From: Psammoneis japonica
Lineage: Eukaryota
Reading direction: 5' to 3'
Length of the DNA stretch: 64,000 nt
NCBI GenBank assembly: GCA_008632985.1
Contig: QPGO01000128.1
Coordinates: 1-64,000 of the forward strand
Below are positions 1 through 12,900 of this stretch, piece by piece; the stretch's first letter is position 1; the number at the start of each line of letters is the position of its first letter. Both the position numbers and the translations under genes were made by a program. The notes beneath the pieces are model-generated. The model was given only the letters and a program-made list of their open reading frames with translations, was not told where the DNA came from and did no database searches.

Positions 1-1190
1 ATCCTTGTTCCATCTTTCGAAAATGCAACGGATTCCACCGATCCATCGTGTCCCTCGAGAACATTCCCGCACATTCCTGTGGTTGCGTCCCAAATGCGAA
101 CGGTATTATCATGAGACCCCGAAACAATCCTTGTTCCATCTTTCGAAAATGCAACGGATTCCACCGATCCATCGTGCCCCTCGAGAACATTCTCGCACGT
201 TCCCGCGGTTGCATCCCAAATGCGAACATCATTGTCATAAGACCCCGACACAATCCTCGTTCCATCTTTTGAAAATGCAACGGATGTCATCCAATCATTG
301 TGTCCCTCGAGAACATTCTCGCTTGTTCCCGCGGTTGCATCCCAAATGCGAAGGGTCATGTCCCAAGATCCCGACACGACCTTTGTTCCATCGTTGGAAA
401 ATGCAACGGATGCTACAGTGTCATTGTGCCCCTCGAGAACATTCCCAATCATTCCCGTGGTTGCATCCCAAATCCGAATGGTCTTGTCGCCGGACCCCGA
501 CACGACCCTTGTTCCGTCGTTGGAAAATGCAACGGATGTCACCCAACGATTGTGTCCCTCGAGAACATTCTCGCACGTTCCCGCGGTTACATCCCAAATG
601 CGAAGGGTCTTGTCCCAAGATCCCGACACGACCCTTTTTCCATCGTTGGAAAATGCAACGTATGCCACAGTGTCGTTGTGTCCCTCGAGAACGTTCTCGC
701 ACCTTCCAGCGGTTGCATCCCAAATGCGAACGGTCTTGTCCCAAGATCCCGACACGACCCTTGTTCCATCGTTGGAAAAGGCAACGGATGCCACAACGAC
801 ATTGTGTCCCTCAAGAACAATCCCGCACATTCCCGTGGTTGCATCCCAGATGCGAATTGTTTTGTCATAAGACCCCGACACAATCCTTGTTCCATCTTTC
901 GAAAATGCAACGGATTCAACCGATCCATCGTGTCCCTCGAGAACATTCTCACACGTTCCCGCGGTTGCATCCCAAATGCGAACGGTCTTGTCCCAAGATC
1001 CCGACACGATCCTTGCTCCATCGTTGGAAAATACAACGGATCTCACCAAGTTGTTGTGCCCCTCAAGAACATTCTCGCACGTTCCCGTGGTGGCGTCCCA
1101 GATTCGAACGGTCTTATCACAAGACCCCGACACAACCCTTCTTCCATCATTGGAAATTGCAACAGACTGACATAATCATTGTGTCCAGTC
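1..1190 (-). repeat. Tandem array of 126-bp (42-codon) near-identical WD40 repeats, more than 9 units, truncated by the window edge
   Basis: GAAAATGCAACGGA recurs at 19, 145, 271, 397 and onward (period 126). The minus strand encodes 10 GH motifs and 9 SGSxD motifs. Confidence 0.95.
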
Positions 1191-3617
1191 ATTTCTCTCA
1201 AACAACTCTCTGTGGCTTGTTCCCATGCGGGTGACACAGGGCACCACCATCGGTTAAAGTCATAGTCATACTCTTTCAATCTTTGCAGAAAATCATTCAG
1301 GACTCCATTTCTCTACTTCCATCAATAAATCTTGTCCTAGATCCCAACAGCCGCCCAATAAGTTGCCCGGGAAATTGTCTATAGTCTTTTCTTGTCGCAT
1401 TCAAGGCCAAACCGACTGCTCGACCAATAAGGTGCACAACATCGTCGTTCAACCAATTTTCTCACAGTCCCAACAGACTCTATGGCAGTCCCCGCCTTAG
1501 CCCTCGCCATCAACCAGCTTACATCCAAAACCAGCGATCGTGCTTCGTCCCGCATGCCAGCTGCACACAGATGGGCGACGCCATGCCGCAGTGCATACTC
1601 GACCACTCTATCGTCACAAGAGTATTCGACTGTAGATTGCTTCATATCTGCAAAACCACATTCTTTCAAGAGAGCAAAGCAGCATTGTCCCCAATACCGT
1701 GCCTCTCTATTCCTATCAACGAAAAAGTCATGCGCATACTCACGATTGGGATCGACCAACCAATCCGCGAGACTCTTATGGTATAGATGCATTTTCCAGC
1801 TACATCAACGGTAAAGAAGGAGGATAGCTTCCGTACCGCCTCTCTTCTTTCTATTGCACTGCAGTGTAAAAACGCATCAAGCAAAGTCATGTGAAGTGGC
1901 TCTGCAGCCGTAGCCACAAGCTTGACAATTCGCCATTCTAAACAGTCAGAGCCGTTGGGCATGATGCGTTCAAATGCTGTATCGTAGTACTCCTCAATAC
2001 CCTCGGGAAATCCGTCCAATAATTGCTCATTGATATCGTCTCCTTCCCTGTGATGATCAAGAACCATTTGGTTCAAATAAGCGGCACATATAAAGAGGCC
2101 TTTTGATTTCTCAGCAAGAAACCTAGCCGCATTGTTCTCATTCATTCTTGTCAACGTGATCTTGGCCAATGACGTTTGAAAGAAAACACGTATGTCCTGC
2201 ATGTTATAGTCTTTTTCTGGTTCAATGTACACTGGGTCAAACTTGTTTAGTTTGTTCTTGATGTCAACTTCGGGACGACACGTAATGTACACAAAGAGCC
2301 AGGCGGGAAGCTTCATGAAATGGCGCTGGATGCAATCGAGAATGTTGTTCCTCCCACCATGTTCGCACTCGTCGAGAGCATCAATGATAATAGCATACCT
2401 TTTTTTGATTGACATTAACGCTTCTGAGTGGGTATAGGAGAAAATCTGTAAAAAGGGAGATAACACTATAGTCGTTGCTCATGAGACTTTCCCGTGAAAG
2501 TCCATCTTGATCAAGTTTGGATTCAACTTTGGCTTTGAATTCAGGAAAAGTCTGCGCCAATTGATATATAAGCGAGAGAATCAATGACTTGGGATTGCTT
2601 CGGCCGGGGTCGTCATGGCGACAAAAGTGATGAGCAAGTATGTTGTGAGCGCGTTCCTTGACAAGCTTGCACGCGATTCCCGTCTTTCCAACGCCAGGAG
2701 CGGCCATTAGCACTAGCATATGTCGTTTATCCATGTTGTCCTCTTTGGAGAGCCATTCGTCAAATGCAGCCGTTGCCCACCCGCGTGTACCCGGCGTAAG
2801 ACGCTTCACTTGCTCAGAAATGAATTCCCTATCATTAAACGGACGAAGGATCTTCTTCAGTGCTTCCGTGCTTGAGAAATCATTTTTACATTCTCGGAAC
2901 CGCTGAACAATGGCATTTATTTCCTCATGGGTGCCCTCCTTCTGAAGAAAAGTAAGAATTCTGTCCTTATCACTCGCTACCGTTGCATGTGCGTCTGAGA
3001 CACTGGAATTTTTATCTAGAAAGGTATTGGGACCACCCAGAAATGTTCGATCGGGGTGCAACTTGAGTTTGTGTGCATAGATAATCTCGCATACGCACCA
3101 GATGCGGCTGTACAAGTCTTTCCTTGAGTTTCGCACCACGAGAAACAAAGAGGCACGTTGTAGAGCCTTGGACAAACGGCGAGTCCTCGATTGGACCGTC
3201 GACTTGATCCCCCACAACGGCTGCACTGCCTTGAATCAGTGCAAAGGAGCAAATCCACAAATGTGGCTTTGGCTCCTTTGAAGCAAAAGCTTGCCGAATG
3301 GACTCGACAAAATCCGCAAATGGTTCATCCCACGAATGCGAGACAAAAGAACCAATCTCCAGACCGTTAGAATTGAGATGAAGAGCATACGATGTCTTTG
3401 ACTCTCGACAAACAGGCTCAACAAAATCTTTCACAATATCTCGCATGGTCTTTGCAGGATATTCGGATTGGTAGAAACGCGACGCGTCTCGGTGAAGCTC
3501 AATAAGCTGGTCATAAGAGATGCAGCATTTACTCGGATGAGTTTCAGTTGACCCAGAAGCACGGATGGATGGCTGCTGGTCCGCGTCGAGTCCGATGGTG
3601 GTTTGTTCATCATCCAT
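1..3617 (-). CDS. HNWD-like STAND/NLR protein: N-terminal HET/TIR-like domain, NACHT NTPase and C-terminal WD40 array. Runs off the window start and has about five frameshifts (pseudogene or assembly indels).
   Basis: Joined minus-strand ORFs 3012-3617, 2381-3226, 1666-2466, 1379-1792 and 1043-1279. N-terminal FVSHSW...LWICSFALIQ...LYSRIWCVCE. NACHT motifs PGTRGW, Walker A AAPGVGKT, HHFC, LIYQLA, Walker B IIIDALDEC, KGLFICA and LYHKSLADWL. My translation of minus-strand 1167->1 is stop-free and gives WD40 repeats (LEGH....SVAFS.DGTR.VSGS.DKTVRIWDA). Confidence 0.85.
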
Positions 3618-5659
3618 GTTGTTTCGATGATCTGTTAATAGTTGTCTCTTTTCGTGACGCCGTCAATGACACCGCACACCGTACAATAGAAAACAACACA
3701 TCCAACTGCGCACAGCGAATAAGGTCTCACCGTTTCCTGTCCTCTGAAAGAACACCCTTGAATCTTGTGTTTGAACTGCACACATGGCAATCTGGGTGCA
3801 TGCCGTTGGCCAAATGGTATGGGTGCATTGGATTGCTGTTGCCTGCACTGGCTGCACTCAGACCATGATGATTGGCTCAGCACCCAATCGTTCTCACACA
3901 CATCCCAGCAAATGCACATCCAAATTTGCAGTTGACCAAGGAAATGAGGGCAATTTTTGGGAAGGAACACCCAAAAAACAAGACGATTGCGGCAGTGTGC
4001 TGTGAGGCTTTTTTGGTGGAGTGTGCTGTTGGTCAAAGCATGGTGGAGACATCGCCATTTCAACACCACGGCAAGCAAAACGATGCACTGCAGCAGTGTG
4101 TCTCATGATGGGCGCTCCCTCACCAGAAGTCTTCTGCAACTGCCCAGCAAAGACAAGGTGCAGACATGCCCAAGGGCTTTGTTGCTGACATGCTGGTGAG
4201 TCTGAGAGTGCTGCCAAGTCTCCACAAGAGCACTTCAGAGCTGTTTGTTGACAGCACACAAAACGCTCATGTTCTTCCTTGGCTTGGTCGTTTTTGGTGA
4301 CTGTGGGGAAGAGATTTGGCAGCATTTTCTCACAATGCAGTCACAAACAGCACATCACTGCAAAGGCCTGAGCCTCAAAATGTGGGCATGGAAATGACAG
4401 CACTGCCACCCCACCACAAGTGTTTCAGAGCTGTTTTGTGGTGATGCACAAAGATCCTCTGAGTGCCTGGTCCAGCAAATTTTTGCAGATGGAGCAACAC
4501 TCTTTGTTGTGGCTGCAAAGATTTGGGGTGCAATGACCCCAACCAAGCAGATTTGTTGCATTGAGTGCCAATGATGGGCTGGACATGCAGGGCTGGCAAT
4601 GATGTCACCTCAAGCACATTTCACAGGAGCTGTTGTGTGGGGTGATGCAAAAATGCTCTGTGGCATCATTTTTGGCAATTGATGATTCAGCACCATGCCT
4701 TGCACATGTTTCTGCTGCAACAGCAACAGCTGGATTGGCACAAAAAATGACTCTGAGTTCACCCCTCTGTGCACCCCAGTGGCAATGCAGGCAGCAGCTC
4801 TTTGATCTGCAGGGTTGTTCTGCATTGTGCATGGCGTGTGCAGCCCACGTTGCTGCTGCCCCAACTCCTTCCTTGTGTCAATGTTGATCACTGTTCAGTT
4901 GATGGAAACAATCACTCTGATGATGGATTGTGGTGTGGGGCCACCTGGAGCTGAGGCGGGCAGCGCACCAACACGACGAGCAACACAGAGATCACAGCGA
5001 CAAAGGATGGCATCTTTTTCAACCACTGCAGCGCTGCTCTTTGGGGCCAAACTGGGTGCCTTTGGCACCCACCATGTGGCGGGGTGGAAAGCTGCGCCCA
5101 TGCTTGCTCTCTTTCTTGTGCGCCCCAACCACGCGGCAGGGTGCGGAGGCAATGGCATCTGCAGCAGTGCCATTCTGCATTGTGTCTGGCACAGTCCATG
5201 CCATTGCCACTTCCACTTCCTCATGGCAATGACAATCGTTGCTTTTTTTGTAGAAACAATGTCATTTTGATGCATTGGCTGTGATTTTTACATTTGCAAC
5301 ATGACGTCAGAGGGCTGCGGTTCAACCATTCGTTCATTCTGTGGGTGCGCAAAAGCAACAGTTGGTGGTGGGCAATTGGTGGGCCAGTGTGCAATTTGCA
5401 ACCACGCTCTTCTGTCGCAGCATGTGGGAAATGCAGATTCTGTGCACTGATGGGTGGGTGCAGATGCAGCAGTGTCTTGACTTGTGTTGCAACACCCTCA
5501 CCCTTCTGGGGTTTGTCACACTGGTGTCTGCTGCAACTCTTGCACGATTTGAAAGGATTGTGGCCCAAACGCGCATCTCAAGCTGTTCCCCCTGATGCCA
5601 GTGACACCGCAATCTTGTTGCCATTGACACACTGACCAAGAGACAGACAGCTCTGCTGG

Positions 5660-8600
5660 GATTCACTTGGTCCCTGCAAATTGGCAATGCTTTGCCGGTT
5701 CATCCACTTGAAACATCCTCTCACAAAGAGGTGAGACACAAACCCAATTGGCCACCAGCCAGTCTGGCTTGGGAGGTTGCAAGGCGTGAACGCAAATCAT
5801 GAGCCCTGGACCCTGGACTTTGGCTGTGAGGGACCACCGCTGCCAAAACAGGAACAAACACAACTGCCAATGCAGCTCACCTGGCATCAACTTTGTCAAC
5901 AAATCTGCCAAATTCATCTCCACATCTTCATTTCCAAGTCGCATGATTCCAGCTGCAACTGCCTCTCTCACTGTGTGACAGTTGACTGTGTTGTTGTGCT
6001 TCTTGTGCAGAGCAGATTCCAGGACACTGACATTCTTCACCATGCTGTGGTTGTCACAGAACACATTTGCTGCTCTCCATCCAATGGCACACCAAACACA
6101 TGCCCAACTTGCAATGCAAAGCAACAATCACGTCCTTGCAAATGTGCATTGCAACCAACTCACTGCTGAATGCAGAAGACTCAGCTGCATTTTGTTGCTT
6201 GCTGAGCCACACAATTGGAGAGTCATTGACAAAGATGACAACGCCAGAGTGTGACCTGTGCATGACAACATTTCCAGCATGGTTCACATCATCAACGAAA
6301 GCGTGCACAGTTGCCGGGTTCCACATGATGGCTTGGGCATGTCAGGTGGTGACTCCTCCTCAACATCACCATGGAATTGGTCCAATCTGCCGCACTGTTA
6401 AGGGGGGTCATCCCCCACTTTTTTAGCTCGAATTTGGCCGAATGGCTCGGGATTTGCATGATTTTTCTTGAATTTCACCGTGCTTCACCGTGGTGAAAAC
6501 ATCAAGCCATAAGTCTGTGACGGAGGTGGGCCGTGCGTCAACTCTCATTTATTTTATGCTTGTTGTGTATCTAAGGTCACAGATGCATCAAATGTTTGCG
6601 CACGGACCACTGCGTTTTGGACTTATGTCTATGTTACCGTCATCGTCGTGCTTCGATCACGGTGCCTGATGTTCTCGTTTTCGTGCGCGATCGGGGGTGA
6701 ATGTAAATAATTTTTGTATTCAAAAATAAACACTATAAATGTCCTTATTCAAATGCCACGATAATTTCTAGGATAATGTTGCGCAGTTTTGCCATCATGT
6801 TTTTCCCATGCTGCCTTCACCTTGGTCATTTCTTTGTTGATTGCTTGAGCCCAGCAGCATGTCCCCATTTCACGATCAATCTGCAGTGCTTCATGACTGC
6901 TCTTTGGCAATTTGACCCCAAACTTGTGTGTGATTCTCCAACATTTCAACTTGACCTTTGACATGGCAGTGTGACTCCGCTTTCTCAGCACACAAGGCAC
7001 CCACCAAGCAAAAGGGGTGTTGTCTGCAATTTGATTTGCCACTGCGCACTCAGCCACTTTGATTGGGTTAGAATCCTTGATGTCTTTCAATTTGACCCAG
7101 TTGGAACTGCCGTCGTTCCATGCCACAAGCAACTCCCAGTCTTTTGTTGTCTTCCTCTTCTCATCTTGGCCTCCTGCAGTCTCGACTGCACCGTCATCCT
7201 TCAAAATTGCTTCCCATGTCATCCGGTGGTCTTGCACTTCATGCAAAACAGAGAACTGATGACCCTCATCATCAACCTGAGCAAACACATTTTCAGCTGT
7301 GACATTGTTTGCAGCACACTTGTCTTTCGTTCCATCCGTGTGTTCAATTTTTGCACTCTCTTGCATCAAACAATGGGCTCTGATGTCTTCTTTCTGTTGG
7401 TTTGCTGTCATGGCCTCTCACTCTCTTTGTGACCACTCCACATCTCTCCCCTTCTGTTCCAAAATCAAGGATCAGTTCCATGCCAAGGTGCTGGTCTGTG
7501 GCTTCCTCGTCATCATCATCAGGACGCGCGCCCCATCTGTTGGCATGCTGCCATGTTCTTTGTCATCTGGCATGACACCTCCTTGATGCTGCACTGCATT
7601 GTCCCCGTCTGTTGCACAGTCATCCAAACAGAATGCTGGGGCTGCCTTGTCTCCCTCAAGCATGAAATTTTCATCATCCAAACGTTCCGTCAAGGCTTCA
7701 CCAAACTCATCAATCCACATTTCCTTTTGTCCAATTCAACATGGTCTGCCTGCACAGGTTGCAGTCCAACAGCACATGTCCAATCTGACCTTGTGTGACA
7801 TGCCAAGCCATTTTCTGAGTCATTTTGGGTCTTCAGCTGCACTTGGCTTCAAATCTGGTCTATCCCACCACCAAACCAGGCCGCAGAATCCAAAGTCTGG
7901 GCACTCCCCAATCTCTGGTGTTTGTCATGTCACTTCTTCATGTCCAGTTTTCCTGTCTTGACCTCATGCCAATCTTGACAGCAACTCTGCTTCATGTGGA
8001 AGACCAAAATCCCATGGCCATTTTGGAACCTTCTTCTTGTTCATTTGCAGTCTTCAGTGCTTGGCCAGGAAACTCATCTCCCACACTGCTGCATGGTTCT
8101 GGTTCTTCCTGCCCTGTTCAGAGTTCCTGAGCTGCACCCACATGTGCCTTGCATGTTTCACAAAATCTGCATTCTTGCCAGTGAATTCTCCTGCCTCATC
8201 CATTGACAAGAACTTGGGTGCTCCAACGTCATCTGCAAACTTGAATGGAGACCATCCTGCCTCTGACCAAGCCATCATTGGGACAACCTTTACAAACTTT
8301 CCCTGAGTGCAAACATCAGCACAAGTGTCGCCAACAATGAACTTGACCTTTGAGATGAGGGTGTCAGCAAACCATGTCCCTTTTGGTCTCTTCTGGTGCA
8401 AATCCAAGTTATCCACGCAAACACGCCTCAAAAATGGTTGCGTTGCTGTCCTGACACTGTGCTGAGTCATGACATTGAGAGTGTCCTTTGCTGTTTCTGG
8501 GCCAACATTCCATCACTTCTGTGCCAACTCCTCCACCGTGATCTTAGAGTGCTGATCCTTTGTGCAAAGTTCTGAGCCCTTTTTCTCTGGCCTGTCAACA

Positions 8601-9950
8601 TCCTCCCCATGGGCACACGCAATCTTTGCAGATGCAGTCATGTGGTCACAAAACATCTGAAGGTGATGAATCAGGGAAACACTTGCCACAGCCTTCTCAA
8701 CTTCTCCCCACCGGACTGCCATGGACTCACCTCCATCTGCTCTTGCCAACTCTGACATCTCTGACTTGTGCATGTGTGGCATCAATGATTGGATGGTCCG
8801 CATGTCCTGTTGCTCTCTGGTCTCACTCGGGAAACCCATGTCAACTTCTGATGGATTCCAAGTGTTGCCTGCAAGCAGGGCTGTGGGCAAATTCTGCTCC
8901 TCCCATTCTGTGGGCACACAAGACTCAAAAGACACCACTGTCCCAGTGGCTTGAAAAGGGATGAAGGCTTCTTCTGTTGGTGAAACACCAAAGCTGTCTT
9001 GGGGATTGCAAGGGTTGTAATTCACTGAGACATTGCATGCCTGCAGCTGCTGATTTGGATCCAAAACATGACATCTGGTCACCCAATGACAAATGTTTGA
9101 TCATTGCATCTGGATCTGTCCAAACAGTGCAACATCGCGCAACTGGAATTTGGTTGACCCATCGCACAATTCCAGGAATGAACTTGCTTCACACATTTCA
9201 TTGGTGGTCTCCATCAATTTCCAGTTTGCTCCTCTGCACAACATGTGTCTGCATGAGTGTCACATTCATTGCAGGACATGTGGCCGGGAACCACATTGAG
9301 ACAATTGTTGCATTCACTGACTGTGCCAATCTCTTGGAGGTTGCCTTCACTTTTTGAAAGCTCTTTGCAATGTTGTTTGGGTGGGGCTTAGACAGCATGA
9401 GCAGCAACAGCAGAGACAATGCAATCGTGTTTGTGTGATGTGCAAAAAAAGCTGAAGCCGCCTTCACCCCACACCATCAGATGTGTGCATGGGCACCACC
9501 ATGTTGACCTCCTTTCTCATTCTCTCATCTGTGTCCACATCCATGACCTGCACTTGCAGCATCGGTTGGTGGTTGTTCCTGCTGTTGTTGCATCAATTTG
9601 TCTGGATTCTGGCACACAACAGCTGCCTGTTGTCCACCGGGGCTGCCACGTCCACATCTGGGACTGTTGCCTTGTCCAGCCATGCACTTGCGGGCTTGCA
9701 CAACATGCACTTGGCCACCATTGAACCTCAGTTGCTGCCATTCATTTGGGGAAAAGGTGTGAGTGGGATCTGCTGTGTCCACACTGTCAATCATTGCACC
9801 CGCACCTCTGCCCTCTGCCACCGAATTGTCCCCTGCCATGCCTCTGGGTTCACGGCCTCCACCACCACCTCCTTGGGGGGGCCTCTGCCACTGCCTCAAG
9901 TTCAGCCCCCACCTGGGCCTCTGTCATGGGACTTGGTTTGGTTTTGCTGT
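5660..9950 (-). mobile_element. Degenerate Ty1/Copia LTR retrotransposon (diatom CoDi-like): gag end, protease, integrase and RNase H; RT core missing
   Basis: Protease-like NECDTHADTCC and IPVARCCTVWTD (about 9100-9270). Integrase GTWFADTL, FADDVGAP, AGEFTG, SEQGRKNQNHAA (8054-8470). WELLVAWNDGSSNWVKLKDIKDSNPI...FAWWVP (6749-7411). RNase H FVDDVNHAGNVVMHRSHSG, SSAFSSELVA, VFCDN, VNCHTVREAVAAG, NLADLLTK (5830-6330). Many stops and frameshifts. LTRs not resolved; possible PPT/LTR start near 5665-5680. Confidence 0.9.
6402..6776 (+). mobile_element. Non-autonomous DNA transposon (MITE) copy 1; left TTAA and TIR present, right TIR missing
   Basis: TTAA at 6398-6401 followed by GGGGGGTCATCCCC. 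The body aligns with 34127-34520 (e.g. TGAATTTCACCGTGCTTCACCGTGGTGAAAAC, AAGCCATAAGTCTGTGACGGAGGTGG). It ends at GGATAA, where Copia sequence resumes. Confidence 0.85.
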
Positions 9951-12900
9951 GGGATCCTCAAAAATTCCCTGGGGTTGCCACCTTTGGCAGTGTTTTTCTG
10001 TGGGAAGCGTGAACTCTTTGTGGGGGGGGGGGGGGGGGAGCACAAGTGATGCTTCGTCACATGCATGCTCAACACATGAATGAAAAACAATGCATTGACA
10101 ATTCCCCATGCTTCCCCTCTTGTACATTTCTGTGTGCTCCTTGTGTCAGCATGTGCAGAACCACACACCAGATGTGTGCAAATCAACAACAATTGAAATC
10201 GACCGACCGCAACAAAAATGGGCAACACACCATGGAGCGTTTGCACCCCAGCTGTGATGGCTTTTGCCAAACAATGACAACACCAGTCAATCTGGTGAAC
10301 AACACCACAATTGACAGTGTAAAATGTAAAATGAACAAAAGCTTGACAGATTGTGTTCAGAAAAATGGTGCACTGGTGGATCATTGCACTTGTTCTTTTG
10401 TTGTGCAGTCACAAATGCAAGCCATGAGGCATCTGCAGCAAAGTCCAAGGCAAAAGCAGAACTGTTTGTGGCCAACAAAAATGTGGTGGATTGAACAGTC
10501 ATGCTTGTTCTTCCAGTTGATGCATCTCATGTGCAGAGTGAAGCGAGTTGTTTGGGTGGGAATCACTCTGTTGTCATGCAGCTGTGGGTGGGGACGCAGT
10601 GGACATCATGCAGAAACGGATTTTCTTGGATCAAAATGAGAGTCATCTCCTGTGGAGATTTGCTCCCCTGGTGGTTGAAGGGTTGAGGTCACATCTTCTA
10701 GTGTGTTGAACTCCAGCTTTGTCATCCTTCCCAGTTGTCCATTTGACATGGGTTGAGCTGAGGGTGCAGTTGCTGGAGTCAAAGGCATGACCAACAAAGA
10801 CGTTGAGGGCAAACAAGCAGCATCGTGGGGATCGCAACAGCAGACTGTGGAAACTCAGCAACAAGCAGCTCCCGACAATTGTTCAAGCACTGCATCTTGG
10901 AAAGAGAAACATCTAGATGTGTTGCCTTTCTAAGTTTGGGCCAAAACCACTGCTGATCCAAACTCGTCATCACCTTCTGCTGCTCATGGTCCTCTCCATG
11001 CTTGACAGTGCGGTCGACCATCCACGAACAAAGGTTGAGTCGACTGCCAAAGATGCTGATCATGCTGACCATGCTGGATGCAAAGCCCCACATTCTCATG
11101 TAAATCACAACTGTCATGTGAGTGTAAAGTTCGCGCTGCCCTGGACAGTCCAGAACTCATCGTCCAAAAAATCATCTAAATGATCCTGCAGCCACTCCAA
11201 GTGCTGCAGAAAACATTCCATGCAACAGTCAGTGGTCCATTTGGCCCCAGCCCAAGCTCTTCCATGACATCCTTGATGGAAATTAAGTCTCTTACATCAG
11301 AGAACACATCATGCCAAAAGGTCTTGACAAAAGTTTGCAACATGTGCTCTTTGATGCCTTGCACCGGTTGGAGTCACACAGTGCTGTTGCGTGGCATGAC
11401 AACAGGCACTTTTGCCCAAACCTGCCGGTCCCTGCAGCACTGACAAAAAGAAAAGTGTGAGAGACTTGGTCGGCCAGCGATTGCGGTTGCCTTTTCGTGC
11501 TTCTCACAGATGCCACAGCACATGCCATTGCGATTTCAGTTGCACAACGTCCATTTTGATTGAGTCTAACCAGGAATGTGTTGCTCACGCAACATTGCCA
11601 TTGGCAACTGCCACAAGTGCTGTGTGTGTTGTTGCCTCTCTTGCGTGCAAATGTCAATGAGTTGTCCCCAGGGCATTGCTGTTGAGCACAGGTTGACTGG
11701 CATTTGAGGCGTCAGACTGTGCTGCTGCTGCATGCTCCCGTGCCTCCACATCATGAATCCATTTGTTCATTCTGTGTGATTTTGGGAACAACACTCAAGA
11801 GCACTTGTGCTGTGTGAGCAAAAAAGAACACACTGTGCGACGAGGCAAGAAAGCAAGTTCTGATTCAACTTGCACGTGTGCACAGTGCTGCGCGCACTTT
11901 GTGCACTCGCCTCTTTTAGAGCAAACACTGCACAACATTGTGGCTTTGATTTTGCAAGATGTCATGGTTCAGGCGGCTCAGTTCTGTCTCATGAAAGCAC
12001 CATTTGGATGACGGCATGTTGCTCAGATGAGATGTGAACAAGTGACGTGTTCCAGCCGCACATGACCCAAATCGTGCACAAAAACAACATTTGCGCGATT
12101 TTTGCACGGTCTCTGACTTACAAACGGTTTTTCACCACCAAAAGCATAGATTTGTTCAAATTTGAATGTTTTGCAACACTGACAAGACTCGTGTGAGTGT
12201 TGCAAAATCATTGTTGTTGTGCCATCAATGTTTTTCATTGCGACAAACAAACGAATCGTAACACAACGGATGATTTTCGGCAAAATTGTTGCCGTTGTTT
12301 GGGTGCCAACCAAGTGTGTCTTTCTATGATGCTGCTTAGCAGGTTTTCTGCTTGCAAAGAAATCTCAGCATAAAATGTGCTGACGCACAATCAGCGTTGA
12401 GTCCACTGAGGAAGTTTGTGATGCATGTCCCATGAGGACTTTAATGCCCCACAAAAAACTGTTTAAATGTTCATGCTCCAGATGCCCACAAAAGCCAATC
12501 CACTTGAACATTTTACATTAAAATGCTTCATACACTAAAAGGCACATAATTTGCATTCAAAATCGATTGTCATTTTGTGTGTCACCTGGGGCTGGAACAC
12601 GTCAAGTCCTTCTCAGACATTTCAAAATCACTTGATTGGGCGGCCGCCAACAGTCACACTTTGGTGCGCCCCGCCTGATTATATGATGGCGGACATGATG
12701 GCATCAAAAGCACAACTCTTTGTGATGATCCTGTGGGTGCGAAAGCGATTTGGTGCGAAACGGTGTGTTTGCTGGTCAGGTGTCGACATTGCTCAATGTC
12801 TCAACCAAATCATTGTTTGAGACAGCCCTTCAGCGTGCTCCACCTAATTAGATGATGGCAGATGCAATGCTTCAAAGGGGCTGTCTGAAACAGTGATTCT

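Larger units (their letters stand above)
3725..12110. other. TpA-erased, TpG/CpA-rich domain 1, interrupted by a TA-containing MITE
   Basis: Only about two dozen TA dinucleotides found by eye outside the MITE. CG is also low. ORFs in all six frames are Cys/His-rich and almost Tyr-free. Confidence 0.9.

Noticed and set aside
5..1234. Long plus-strand repeat ORFs (409, 291 and 190 aa)
   Set aside because: They are antisense shadows of the minus-strand WD40 array; only the minus frame gives a recognisable fold.
3725..12110. Classical RIP or CpG deamination alone
   Set aside because: RIP would enrich TpA, and CpG decay cannot turn Tyr codons into Cys/His. Domain 2 also keeps CpG while losing TpA.
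10050..12110. 5-prime LTR or rest of gag for the Copia element
   Set aside because: I could not match this region to the sequence beyond the element's 3-prime end or recognise protein motifs in it.
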